Shown in pieces: positions 26,531 through 39,640 of a stretch of 64,000 nt of DNA. Under the pieces are notes generated by a model that saw only the letters and a list, made by a program, of their open reading frames with translations, had not been told where the DNA came from and made no database searches. The first letter of the stretch is position 1, and each line of letters starts with the position of its first letter. The DNA comes from Camelus dromedarius (Eukaryota). Made by a program: the position numbers and the translations under genes. The stretch lies in NCBI RefSeq assembly GCF_036321535.1, contig NC_087437.1, positions 96,350,001-96,414,000 on the forward strand, in the 5' to 3' direction.

Positions 26531-26734
26531 TTAAACTAAAGTAGAAAAGGAATTCTCTATTTATACAAGTTGACTATAAAAAGAGCCATATGTAACAGAT
26601 TATCTGAGATCTCAACACTGCCTGGAAATCTGTTCTCTTTCAACACAATTCATTGTTTTCTACAGAACAGTAGAAGCCAGTGTTTCCATTTTCTTTTCAA
26701 ATATCAATGTGAAAAAATGATCTTACATCATGAA

Positions 26735-28555
26735 CTGCACCCTATGAAAAACATGTATGTGTGCTTACCTACCTCCTTTATTCATATGACTGCATCTGAG
26801 CCCATTATCTACCTTCTTTCATGACAATGGATGACCTGTCTATGTGTCTAGATTAGAGCAACTTCTCCACTTGTGCCTAGCCCCCAACTCCTTCTGCCTA
26901 CTCAAGGATATCACTTCAGCAATTTCACCCTCTCTTTCCTGTATCATCAATTTATCTGTCTTTTCTAGATGGTTCCCATAGCATGCAGACATGCTTTTAC
27001 TTATCCCATTTAAAAAAACAATCAGAAAAAGCCCCTCTCTATTGTCCCCACTTTCCTATCCTGATACTCTCCGTTTCTCTTCCCTGTACTGAAGAACTGT
27101 GGTGTAACCTCCTTGCTTACTGTCTCTAATTTCTCTTTTCCATCTCTCTCTTGAACCTCTTGCAGTAATGACTTCACCTCCACTCTTCCAACAAGAGTAC
27201 TCTTATAATGGTCACTGATAACCTCCACGCTGCCATATCGGAGGTCACTTCTCAATGCCCATCTTCTTTCCCCCTTCAAGTAACATCTGACACAGTGGAA
27301 CATTCTTTCTATCTTTAAGTATTTATTTCCCTTAACCTATGGGATAACATACTCACTCAATTTTCTGCCTACTATCTAAAAGTTTTTTCTCAGTCTCCTT
27401 AGCTCATCCTTTTCATCTTCTCAATCTTTAAAAATAAAGTGACCCAAAGCCCAATCTTGGGATTTCTTCCACCTCTGCAGACTCCATGTATCATCCTATC
27501 AAATCTCATGACTTTAAAAAATTACAAGTAGGCAAGTATCCAAATTTATATGTCCAAGCCACATCTCTTCTGTGGACTCATTCCTCCAACGGCCTACTTG
27601 GCATCTACTTTTCAGATGTCAAATGGGCAGGTCAAATTTGACTTGCTTATAAAGTCTTCACCTCTCACAGTCTTTCCATCTTGTTAAATGGTAATTCCCT
27701 TCTTCCTGTCAAGCTGATAATAGCTGATTCTTCCTTGGCTCTTGCCCTTTTCTCATAACCTCACATAAAGTGATCTAATTCTGATGGTTTTCATTTCAAA
27801 GTGTACCAGACTCTAATCACTTTGCAGCACCTCCATTGCCTCCACCTGGTTAGCTCTCATATGGATCACTGTAATTTATATCCCTGTTTCAGTTCCAGTT
27901 TTTAAAAATCTCAACTAAAAGCCAGGAGTGATAGTTTCTAAAACATAAAACAGATCATGTTTCTTCTTTTTTCCAAACTTTTCAAAAGACTCACTTAACG
28001 TAGAAGTCAAAGTCCTCAAGTGACTACATGACCTGACCTCTGCTCACCACTCTCACCTCAACTCATCCTGCTCACCCCACCTCATCCTTGCTCAGGCTGC
28101 TCCACTCAAATTAACCTCCTGGCACTTCCTAACTTTGGGCCCTCTTCCTAGAACACTTTCTACCCCCATCCCTCATTACCACAGAGCTAGTTTGTTTTTG
28201 TTTGTTTGTTTTTATTTTTAATTTCCCTTAAGGCTTTCATTCAAAATTCACCTGCTCAGGGAGACCTTTCCAGGCCACTGTATCTAAAATTGCTACCTCT
28301 CAGCTGCCCCCTCCCCAACCCCCCCCCCAGCATTTTTTCTGTTTCATGTTTTTTCTCTTTGTTATGCAACTCAATTACCTGAATGATATGTTTTATTTGC
28401 CTTGTTTGTTGTCTAGATCCACTTTTAGAAAGAAAGCTCCACGGGGGATATTTTGGTCTCTTTTGTTCCTTTCTGAATTCCCAGTGCCCAGTGTTGGGCT
28501 CAAAGTTGTGCTCCATAAATTCAGTTCGTTTTTTTTTTTTTAATTAATGAATAGA
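26735..28555 (+). mobile_element. Long L2 LINE 3' portion
   Basis: ggtcactgataacctccacgctgcca, atctgacacagtgga, tctcatgactttaaa, and a 3' end cccagtgcccagtg...gtgctccataaat...aatgaat. Confidence 0.85.
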
Positions 28556-29589
28556 GTTCAGAGAATCCACTGCACTGACTCATCTCAAAAAGTCAAGAGG
28601 TATTAGTTACAGTGGGAGAGGAACACACTTCACTAGCCCAGTGTCCCAGGGCAGAGGCTAATTCTACCTATAAAACAAGAAGATGAGGGCCAGGAGTGAG
28701 CAAAGAGCCCCTAGGAAATGGATTAGGAAAGCATTTCTGGGATAAAGTCCAGACAGGATGAGGCTTTAAACCCCTTTACAAAGACTTTCAGATCTTCAAG
28801 TCAGAAAACCCTAGGCTTGGCTGCTCAAAGATTGCTCAAGGCTTGGGTGTTTCAGGAGAAAATACTTCTGGTTTGAGCTTCCATTCTCACCATTTACTGG
28901 GAGGAAGAGAGCTGGGGGATTAAGTCATAAAGCTGCAGTGCTCAAACCATGTTCTTTTCTACAGAGTCTGACTTAGTAAATTGTGGGGAAGGAGGGGGTT
29001 CCGGAGTCTTCACTTTTAGCACACATCCTGCATAAAGCAAATGTCACGTGTTGTGTGTCTTTATAACAAATATGTCATAAACACAGTCTAAGCGCCTCTG
29101 GCTTAAAGCTCACCAGCTCTGTTCCTTCTGTACTTGAAATTGTCCCCTCTTAGTTTTCCAACAGGCAGTTGCCAGGAAGCCCCCTGGGTATTAGATCTCC
29201 AGGTAGAAGCTTGCTGTGACTGACATGGGTACTTCCTGCTTTCCTAGGGATGTGGATTACAGGACCTACAACTATCTTTGGCTTCCTGGGCTAACTGCTT
29301 TAATCAAACAATCACACACATACTGCCTGCAAAGTCCTTTTAGAACTGCCCGAAACTCAATCCAGTGAGGATTCCATGTGAGTTCGTAACTCTCCTCTTC
29401 TAAATAGGAAACATCCCTGGGAGGCATGGAGCTATTGGTCAATCACATTAATATGAATTTAGGTTGTTTTTCTAACAGCCAGCCAAAATCAGTAACACTA
29501 AAGTGAGGAAGAGGATAAATCATTCAAACTTGATATATTAGGTTGGGATGAAAATATTGAAGGATGAAAAAAGTTTTAAAATATTTAAA

Positions 29590-30165
29590 AAATATAAAAA
29601 CATTTTTTAAAGTACACTGTAAAATGTGTCATCTACCTTTGTCCTTCAGCTTCATCCAGGTATCATATCCAAAAGCAGTCAATATTGTTAATTTCTTGTG
29701 TGCCCTTTCAGATAGTTTATACATATATGAGCTATTATGCATAGATATACATATATGTTTGCATATATTCATTTTTCCCATTTTTAAACAATAGGTTAAA
29801 ATGGAAAAATGCAATTCAGCACTTTTTTCTTTTTTCTCCTTAAAAGGTATCTTAGAAGTCTTGCTGTATCAATACATAAAGGCCTACCTCATTCTTTTTT
29901 ATAGCCCAAAATAAGATATATCATAACTGATCTAGTAAGTCTTCTATTGACTTGATCCTATTTAGGTTGATGCCAATCTCGTTCCATAATGCATAAATTA
30001 ACACATACACTGCTATTTTGCACATATACATATATTCTGATATATACATTTATACAAATAAATGGTCAGTCTAAAATTACAGGCATTTTAATTCATATTG
30101 CTAAATTGTCCTCGATAAAGATTTTATTAATTTGCACTCACACCACCGCACTACCAATGCATGAG
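29590..30165 (-). mobile_element. Old L1 (L1ME/MD-type) 3' region
   Basis: ttaatttcttgtgtgccctttcaga, cctcattctttt, tttaggttg, attgctaaattgtcctc, aatttgcactcacacca. Confidence 0.7.
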
Positions 30166-31082
30166 AGGGCCTCTGGGATGACTTTGGATAAGCATGCAAA
30201 CAGCCTGTGGGCAATTTTTTTTTCTCTGGAGATAGGGATGATCAGGCAGCAGAAGTCAGGAGAACCCTAAAAGTGGTGTTAAACTGTTTTTATTTCTGTT
30301 CTGTGCTTATGAGAAACTACAAATTACTGACCCACTTTACTATATTGTATGTAATACAGTTTTCTCTGTGAATCAGCCCCTACCAGAACCAATGCAGGCC
30401 AAGAAAATTAGCTACAGATTTTTCTCATTCACTTCAAAATGAAATATTAGAACTAATATTAGAATAATTACAGAATTATAATTATAGAAATGGAAGCCTT
30501 ATATTAAGGGTGGGTAATTTAAATATTAATACATACACTAAAAACTGGTATACAGAAAAAGCAGATTCCACAGACAGATCTATTAATCCATTTATTTGTC
30601 ATGTCTCAAAAAATTTCGAAGATTGTGCATTCAATGTTAATTCAAAACCACTTTTGGTACACTAGGAGGTACTCACACTTAACATCATCAGGCTGTTACC
30701 TTTTCCAGCAAGGCATGAAAGTTAGTTATTGCATGCAGTTTACTGATCACTTAAGGAAGTGAAGGCTAGCATATATAAATTTAATTACCTAAGGAGTAGC
30801 ATCTGTATTTTTATTGTGCTCTTCTAAATATGAACATCTGTAGACTTTAAATCTTCATATTGAAAAACTATAGGATCAGAATTAGCATATGTATATTTGT
30901 GGGAGGAGGGGTATGTGCATGTTACATATTATTCACTTTAATCCTCTCCTTGGCCTGGTAATTGGAAATACTAACTAGAGACACATTGCAGTTGGGCTCC
31001 ATAGCTTTGTCAGAATCAATTGAGCTGCCAGAACATTTTAATGCTTTTTGAAACCATTAATGACAATGAGTCATTTGCTTAC

Positions 31083-31146
31083 CCATGGTCCAGTCCTTCT
31101 CCAGTGAAAATTACTGGTCATGAATCTGGCGAACATTTACAGGAAT
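31083..31146 (-). other. Candidate 64-nt exon with stops in all three through-frames, ending ACCATGG
   Basis: Acceptor gctgtttcatttgcag and donor TGG|gtaagc on the minus strand, in unique sequence. Confidence 0.35.
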
Positions 31147-33917
31147 CTGCAAATGAAACAGCTAAATCCTTGATGACAGGGAGCCTCATAAAGGCGGCTC
31201 ATTTATTCTCTCAGGGCATTCATCCCTGCCACTGGGATCAATAGAAAATCTCATCTGATATATCCTTAAATGCCACAGTGGAAATGCTTTCCTTGCAATT
31301 TTGCAGGAGAAAAGGTCCCACTTCCACTTTAAGGGACTGATACCAAATTTACTTAAAAAACCACAATCTTCTCCTGCATTTCCTTTAGCCTTAAAGCCTA
31401 AGCCTGTAGAATAAAAAATCATGCTTTTTCTCTTTCAAAAAAAGTGAAATTCAGACATTGTAATTGACTACTAAATACGAGTTTATGATTTGGCCACGTA
31501 TCTAGCTACATAAATATTAACTGCTTCAGCAACTCAAACAGAAGATATGGATTAACAACTTGTTGCAGTATAGCTATTCTGTCATCTTTAACGGTTTCCT
31601 CCACAGAAATGATTTTAATCTCAATAAAGGACTTAAAAATTTATATATATTCAAGATACTAGCACAAACAGTTCTTCTAAAGCACATCTAAGAAGACAGA
31701 AAAGGAGTAATCAATGTAGTCTCAACAGCAGTTAAAACTCTGGTAACAATTGGGAAAACAAACACACAAAACTTTATGATAATTGGTTTTTTTAGCCCAG
31801 AAACTGATAGCATATTCCAAAATATGACAGAAAAGATTTCACTCCTTCTATAAGTGCCCTCCTTTATAAATGACATGACTGCTTACTAGCAATTTGCTGT
31901 TTAATTAATATAGGAGGTCTGTCAATTCTAAAATGTTAACAACCTAATAAAATGCCTTTTGGCAAGAGTACAAATTCTATTATGGTTGGTAAATTAGAAG
32001 GCTAGGGTATCTATAAAGGGGCACGTGCTTTCCTTTCAACTTAGAGAAGCTTAACAAGGATAGTAAATCTTTTTATTACTTCCATCATTGAAAAAGCAAA
32101 AACAGGAACACACACACATACACACACACACAGTTTATTGTGCAACTAACACACTCAACATGTAGAGATTTTTGTATTTTAAGGAGAAGTCAGTTACTAC
32201 CTAGCAGTAGTATAATACAACTTATTGCATTATAAGCGCTGGAATGTTCCTCTGGGTAAAACCCGAATGGCAGTTCAGGGAAGGTTTTGGGGTTCCCCCA
32301 ATTTAATTTCTAGTACACATTTATACATGCCTAATTAACTGACAAATCTGTATCAGGAAGAAACTTTGAGGCAAGGGGACAACTTTCCACCATAATCAAA
32401 ACTAAATATTTATACTAGTACAAATTTTACTTAATCTGTTAGTAACATGTAATATGGTCAAATGTACTTCCACAATCCTGTCAGTGACCAGGTACATATT
32501 AATAGAACAGTCTTGTTTTTCTTTTTAAATCAAAACTTAAGAACATGATCATTTTTATACTTTTTCTCTACAAAGGCCTTATTTAAGAAATAATATTAAT
32601 AGCCTTAAAGATTAGGAATTATGGCCCCCCAAAAGCATGAGCATCACTTTTACAAAAATCTGCTTTTCTTTCTTAAACTGTGAAAATAGTTTGGTTTAGG
32701 AGATGGCCTAGGAGGCAACAGACCAGCAGGAGGCCGGGAGGATTAGCCCTAATTACCTCATGTTTCACCTTAATTAACTCCTGGTACAAAAAGTAAACGC
32801 CGCAGGAAGGATAGAAGGACCTTAGGCCAGTAAGCAAGATATCTAAACTCTCATTGTTTGCACATGATAATCTTGCTTTTGAATTTCCCTTAATTCCTCC
32901 AAAAGATCAATTGATGGACACACATTGCAGTGTGATTAGCTGTGCTCCAGAGAGATAATGCTATTTCTCATATTTGTCCTTGGCACGGAAACCACATTTT
33001 CAACAAGGCGATACATCAGTGAATTGTCATAGTACTTTTATTATATTTGTTTATAGGGCAATAATAAATAGTTGATGAAGCTCTTCTAGAAGGCAGGATG
33101 AACTATTCTGTTGTTGATGTAAAAATTATTTCAAGAAATATTTGACCAACTGACTAATAATTTTTTCTTTAATCAACCAAAAAACAAGTTTTCCAGATAT
33201 CACTGCCCCGTATCTTCCCTGAGAGCAGGAGGCAGTGTGAAGCCCTCCTGTTTCGTCATCATTTAAGAGTAGTAAATACCTACAAACATAAAAGGAGTGA
33301 TAGCTATGAAAAGCAATAAAGCCTTTCCTCCTCTTTTCCTCATAAAGGAGCCTCATTACTGAGAACTTATCATACTGCAATCTAAACTTGAAATAAAGTT
33401 CAAACATTTGCTAAGTTTAAAATGTAAACTTTGAGAAAGCCATGCACTGTGCGTTTTCATCAGCGATCCCAAGATGCTGAAAACAAGCATGAATAATCCA
33501 AAGAACAAAAATAATTAAAAATTGTGACTTGGTTTCTGAAGTGGAAAAGCAAGGAGCAGGGACAAGGGGTGACATTTGAAGCCAAGAACTTAAAAAATGT
33601 GTAAAAAACAAATGAACCACTTGTAGTCATATGTTTGCTTTTCTAAGTTACACATTAAATATATCCTAAAATTCTATAAAATAAGACCTATGCTTAGCAT
33701 CAGATTAATTATTATTACTACTCATAACTGCTATCCAGTCAGCATATCAAACATGTAAAAGGCCATGTTGATATAAAATTTAAAACTATTGCCTCAAACC
33801 TCTCCTAAAGGAGCCAAGAAAAATACCTGCTCAGTTATTTTAACTCCAATTTTTGTTTGAAAGATAAAAATTAGTACATAGAATAACAAGTATGAAGGCC
33901 TCTGATTTCTGTCATTT

Positions 33918-34008
33918 AGAAAACTTTTTGTGAAAGGCCAGACAGTAAATATTTTCAGCTTTGGTTGTGGCTGGATTTGACCCAAGGGGACTTTTTGCTG
34001 ACCTCTGC
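33918..34008. mobile_element. Internally deleted MER58-like element
   Basis: aaactttttgtgaaaggccagacagtaaatattttcagcttt joined directly to ggctggatttgacccaagggg...ttgctgacctctg. Confidence 0.7.
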
Positions 34009-34609
34009 ACCATTAAACTGTATTTCTTGTATTCCAAGGACATTTGTGTTCTTTTCCCTCTTTCCCCTTGAATTCCTAACCTCCTAAAAAATCTCTAATC
34101 CTTTAGAAGACTTTGAAAAACTGATATTTGGCAGAAGATTGTACTTTTTATAACTAATATTTATCCCAAGCTGAGTAGCTACAATTCTGACTTCTGTACA
34201 TCTCCCATCATTACCTACCTTTTCCTGCAATGTTAACTTATATTTAGGGCAGAACACTACAATACACTCACTTTGAAAGTGTAACAGTTATTTAAGGCTT
34301 ACTTGTAAGGATAATATGAAACTATAAAAGGTATTACAGTAATCCTAATTTTTTTAATTAAACCCAATTGTGGTATGGAAAGAAATATCTTTTACAAAAA
34401 AGCTTTAATATACTATTTTAGTCCTATGAAAAAGCCTACTTCCTACCTTCTCCATTGCTTAAAATGGAAAGTCTTAAGTCAAAATCAGTAAATATTTATA
34501 CAACATTACGTACTAATATATACACTTGTTCATTTATTTTTTTCCATTGAATTATAAATTCTTATTCATCACAAGGCTGTGAACTCTCAGCCCTGACCTA
34601 ACAGCATAT

Positions 34610-34850
34610 GAAGTAGGAAGTACCTGATATGTCAAAAGTAACTGGGAATGCAAAGATATATGGTAAGAGATGTCACTGCTTTCAAGAAACTCATAGTCTG
34701 GTGAGCCTGATGAGTAAACCAACAATTCTGTGAATTTTGCTCTCAGAGAAGTATGTGCAAGTATATGGAGTGAAGATACACAAGATCTGGGAGCAACAAC
34801 ATCATTTGGGAAAGTCAGAGAAAATTTCCGGGCAGAAACAATGTCAGTGC
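34610..34850 (-). mobile_element. L2 fragment
   Basis: ctgggaatgcaaagat...ctgctttcaagaaactcatagtctggtgag. Confidence 0.55.
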
Positions 34851-37079
34851 TACTCTGCACACATGGAACTCTGTCCTTCAAAGTCAGTTCCGAAACTTGA
34901 GGATGTCTTTTTTGTCATGCTGTTATTTGAATACAATTAATTCCCACTGACTGAAATAACTCTTATCTTACTCTTTTGGATTTTTAAAAATTCTTGTAAC
35001 ACATGTCAAGTAATTATAACAAGAAGAGAGAATGAATATTTCACTTCCATTTTGCCAAATTTCCCATAATTGATTCCAGGTAAGTTCCCCTTCCCCCATT
35101 AAATTCTAAGAACATCCATATGTCCTTGTAAAATGTTACATTAATCATTTGGAGAGTTTTTCTTCTTTCATACTTCATTTGAACATATGACATGCTTTGA
35201 ACTGCAGAATGCGTTTTCTCATATTAGAAGCAAGCGCTGGAATTCCATGTTTATCCTGTGCCATACTGCTGACCTTATGATTCCTTGTTATTTATGTGTT
35301 TATTTCTAGACTGATTACTAAGTTTAATTATGACATCTGTAGGCTCTTAAAATGTCAAAGCTTGTTGTCCAACAACTGTGAGAAGAAATACTGTAAGTGA
35401 CACACAGAATAAGAAATGTAATCATGAAATTATCTGTTTTACATAAACACAACTAAAAGTCACTTTTGTCTCCTTATATTTTATACATACACACGCATTT
35501 AATGTTTATACAGAGTGGCTATGTACATAAACTTACACATGGGATATTATATTTCACAAGGCTTTGCTCTCCTTTAATGATTTCCCCATGCCCAATGTTT
35601 ATTTTAAAGCCAAGGACCCGTGAGTAATGATATTCTATATAGAGACTGTCACCGAAAATTTTTGCAGTCTCAATGTACTGGAGGAGTTATTATCCCCCAG
35701 TTCTTTCATAGATGTCAGGGAACTGTGCTCCTTGGGCACCTTTAATTGAATGCACTCATTTACTAGTGTCGTTTTATTATAGTAAATGCCAAGTGAAAAG
35801 CCAACCATTTTTAAGCATAATGGCGAACTGGAATACTGATCTACTCCAGGAATCTAGGCCTGAGAACCAAGTGCCAACTGAAAACCTTTGTTCCTTCGGT
35901 CTGGTTCAAACTCCACTATTCTCACTTGGATTCATTACTCCATTGAAATGGTTGCTCTATCCCTGCTTACTAACTCCACAGAATATGTCCCTCAGAGCTT
36001 TCCTTCTAATATCTCAATGCTCTCTGAAGGACACTGAGTCACCCAAGTTTTCAAGTGCATATCCCTTTTATAGATCCAGTCGGTTTAATTCTGCCTCTCC
36101 CTGTTGAAAGAGACAGGATAGTCTTCAAAATGAATTACAGTGCAAAATCTAAATCAAGACATTTGAAAAAATTCCTGAGTTGTATCTAGCATATGTATAC
36201 AAAGCAATAAAAAAAAAAGAAAAAAAAAACTGTCCCTGCTGTGAAGACATTTAAAATGCAGCTGTGAAGAGGAGACTTGGATTCGTGAAAGAGTTCCTAA
36301 CACTGGATGAATAATAGGTGTTGAATTCTAGAAATATAAACAGTCCTTTTGTATTTAAGGATTGGAATCCCCTCCCAGAGTTCTGCAGTAGCACATGACC
36401 AGCATAAATGACATGAAGTATAAACTCACAATCCATCCACCCAGAGCTGGGTTTTCAGTAAACTGTAGGGGCTGATGAAGAAGCAATTCAACCAGAGGCA
36501 CAAAATTTCTGGATAGATTTAAATCCTTCTACAATGTTTTTGCATCCCTGTGTCCGTGACTTCTGTGGAGGAAATAACCAAGAATCCAAAGAACAATCTG
36601 AAAAACTCACACAGTCCTGTATTTTTACCCTCCCAGAGAAGGTAGGAAAGACCGTAAAAACTGCCCACATGAATTAAAACTTCCTTCGGGCAGAATAAGA
36701 CAGAGACTGACAACAGAAATTTTGTAGTGAGCAAAAAGTTGAATTGTAATCAGAAATTTACCACTCACTAGGTGTAGGATTTTGAAAATTCACTTAACTA
36801 GGCTCTGATTCAGATCTTTTAAAACAAAAGCCAAGTTACACGGTTAGAGTAATTAGAAAATGACAATTTTATGAAGCAGAATTTAAAAATCAATTTCAAT
36901 GCTTTTGTTCCTAATTCCATGCTTTCTTCCTACCTGCTAATCCATCCTCCTTGTCGTGTTTCTCCACACACTCCCCTCTCCCCCTATCTTTTCTCACCTG
37001 ATACCCACACAGGAAAGTATCTCCTAACCTAGGAAAGCCCAACCCAAGGCAGTACACTGCAGTGATTTCAATTTATACC

Positions 37080-37195
37080 CTAGTGCCAGGCTGTTTGGAT
37101 TTCAGTTTTAACACCATGATTTCTAGGACTATGTGATTTTGGCAGGTTACTTAGGGTTTCTGTGACCTCAGTTTTCTGGAGGATAATACAAGTTT
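37080..37195 (+). mobile_element. MIR fragment
   Basis: ctatgtgattttggcaggttactta...ctgtgacctcagtttt. Confidence 0.6.
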
Positions 37196-37383
37196 TTATT
37201 TTTAAAAAATTAAAAAAAAATTAAAGGATAGATCAGTATGGATGCACACACACAGACACACACACACACTCCACCACCATATGTGTTCCTACTCTTAAAA
37301 GGTAAGACTATATTTAGTACTAAGTACCATATACATGCCAGTCATCATAGCCACTTACGTCAATTTGCTTTTGAACATATGGC

Positions 37384-37755
37384 TGCCTCAGTCAGTTTTG
37401 GCTGCTAAACAAATTAGCATTGATTGGGTGGCTTAAACAACAAACATTCATTTCTTATGGTTTTGAAAGCTGGGTAGTCCAAGATCAAGGTGCCAGCAGA
37501 CTCACTGTCTGGTGAGAGTCTGCTTCCTGGTTTGCAAATGACTATCTTCTTGTTGTGACCTAATGTGGCAGAGGGAAAAGAAAGAGAAAGCAAGCTCTCT
37601 CCTTTCTCTTCCTGTAAGGGCACTAATCCCATCATGAGGGCTCCACTCCTATGGCCTAATTACCTCCCATAGGTCTCACCTGCTAATATCATCCCATTGG
37701 GTATTAGGGTTTAACTATATGAACTTGGGGAAGACACAGACATGCCATCTATAAC
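37384..37755 (-). mobile_element. MLT1A-like ERVL-MaLR LTR, near full length
   Basis: gggtggcttaaacaacaaacatt, gtccaagatcaaggtgccagcaga, taagggcactaatcccatcatgagggctccac, taattacctccca. Confidence 0.9.
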
Positions 37756-39545
37756 CATGGTCTAATTCTCATTAAGGTATGGTTTTATCCTCAAGGCATT
37801 TAGAAACAGGGATTTGGGCCTTGCTTCGAGTTTGGCTTTAAAAGGTACAATTTGAAATTTGTGCCAAAGAACATAGATTTCAGACCCCCAATTCAGCAAC
37901 TTGTTTTACTGAATTGTAATTTAAAACAAAAAACAAAACAAAACAAAATATTGGTTTGTCAAGCCACACGCTGTAAAGACATAACTAAGAAACTTCCATA
38001 AAACATGACCTGACTACAAAGCCAGGACGAAAATCTCTCTTGACACTAAAGAATGTTTTCATTAGGGCACCCTGTCTGCAGAGTTTTTTGGGGGGAACTT
38101 CAGACATCAAGAGAATTAGTGTGCTAAAATAAACTTAACTCCATTATTCATTCAAAGCTTTTAACTAGATTATTCTCATACTTAACAGTTCTGAGTACTT
38201 TTCTAGAATCGTTTATTGCAGTTCATTTAAGTATTTTCCTGAAATCCGTATCTAATGAGAGCAGAAGGGAGAGAAATATGAAAAAAAAAACAAAATAAAC
38301 TTGGTAATTTAACTTGTCTTTTCAAAGACATTCTCAAAGGCACCTGTTAATAACCAATTACTAAGAAGTAATTTCTCATTTTTGATAGTTTCTGAAACAG
38401 AAGCTTGAATCATATCACCTTTAGAAAGGGAGAAAAAAAATCCTCTGTTAACTGCAGGCTATTTTACAAGACATGGCTTTAATAAAGTCATTAAAAAGAG
38501 GCCTAGTAAAAATCTATGTTGTCTGTAAACTCAACTCAGAAAAAAATTTCTTTACCAAAGTAAATTTCTTTTCATGCTGATTATATTACATGGCACCAAA
38601 TATAGTCTAAATATGAACACTTAGGTTTAATCTCCTTTTATCTGTTTCTCTCTCTTCAAATTTCAAGGATGTAACATAATCACCGGCAAAGTTAATAAAA
38701 TTAAGAATAAACTCCTAGCTTGGCATCAACACCTCCCATGCTTACTTTTTATTTTTGGACACTCACTTCTCCCACCCAGCTTTCCACACCAACTCACTAC
38801 TGCATCTTCCTGGAAAACCCTCTATTTTGGTTTTCTTGAGTCAAAAGAGATTGCAAATGGCTTAGATGTCTAACCCTCAGTTGGCTTAAAAGTGAATCTT
38901 ACTATCCCATTATTGAAATGAATATCAGTGTATATATTTACATGTAAAATGTATTATGTCTAAAATAAAATACTTACAATGTACAATATAGTTTCTCATG
39001 CTTAGAAAATATAAAGACTATATATCTAAATGTTAAAAACATTCTTTTGGTACTAGGATTTAAAAGTGTTTAAAAATTTCTCTCTCTTTTTGTCTTAATC
39101 TGTTTGTCTCTTCTTTTTCTTGTTTGTTCTTACTGCCTAATTTTTCTAAAAATAGCATACATTACTAAAAGGAAGCAATTAAAAGGCTTTGCAGGGAAAT
39201 CTAGAGCCCAACACAAAGCAAAAACAACAACAAAAACCCACACACTTAACAAATTTTTCTACTTCAAAACAGCTTAGAACCCTAAAATTTTATAAACTTC
39301 ATGAAGTAAAAAAAAGGCTTAAAGAAATAAATGTAATTTATAAATCCCAACTTATTGCCAACAAATATTTTATAAATGATATTAAACACTCATAGGAATT
39401 TATTTATAGGCAAATATCATATATCTATACATTGCCTAAAGAAAGACATACATCTTTGCCAAATGGTGTGGCTACCAAATACACAAGAGTACATAAAGAG
39501 ATTTCATGTGGAAGGATCTTCTTCTTCAGGATTTTTTTAGTCAAA

Positions 39546-39640
39546 GTAACTGATTTTATTCTCACCTAAAAAGCTCCTTCACCAGCCTGGGCTGTCAGCC
39601 AGAAGGTGGACAGAGCCTTTTAGGTAAGAACAGATGTTAC
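39546..39640 (-). other. ~95-nt imperfect inverted repeat / pre-miRNA-like hairpin
   Basis: Arms ttctcacctaaaaagctc and gagccttttaggtaagaa pair at 16/18 positions (18/18 with G-U on the minus strand); inner cacc/ggtg and ctgg(g)ct/agccag pairs; outer gtaac/gttac pair. Confidence 0.75.

Noticed and set aside
35712..36107. Longest ORF in the track (131 aa)
   Set aside because: No recognisable domain or coding-like composition; the length is compatible with chance in 64 kb
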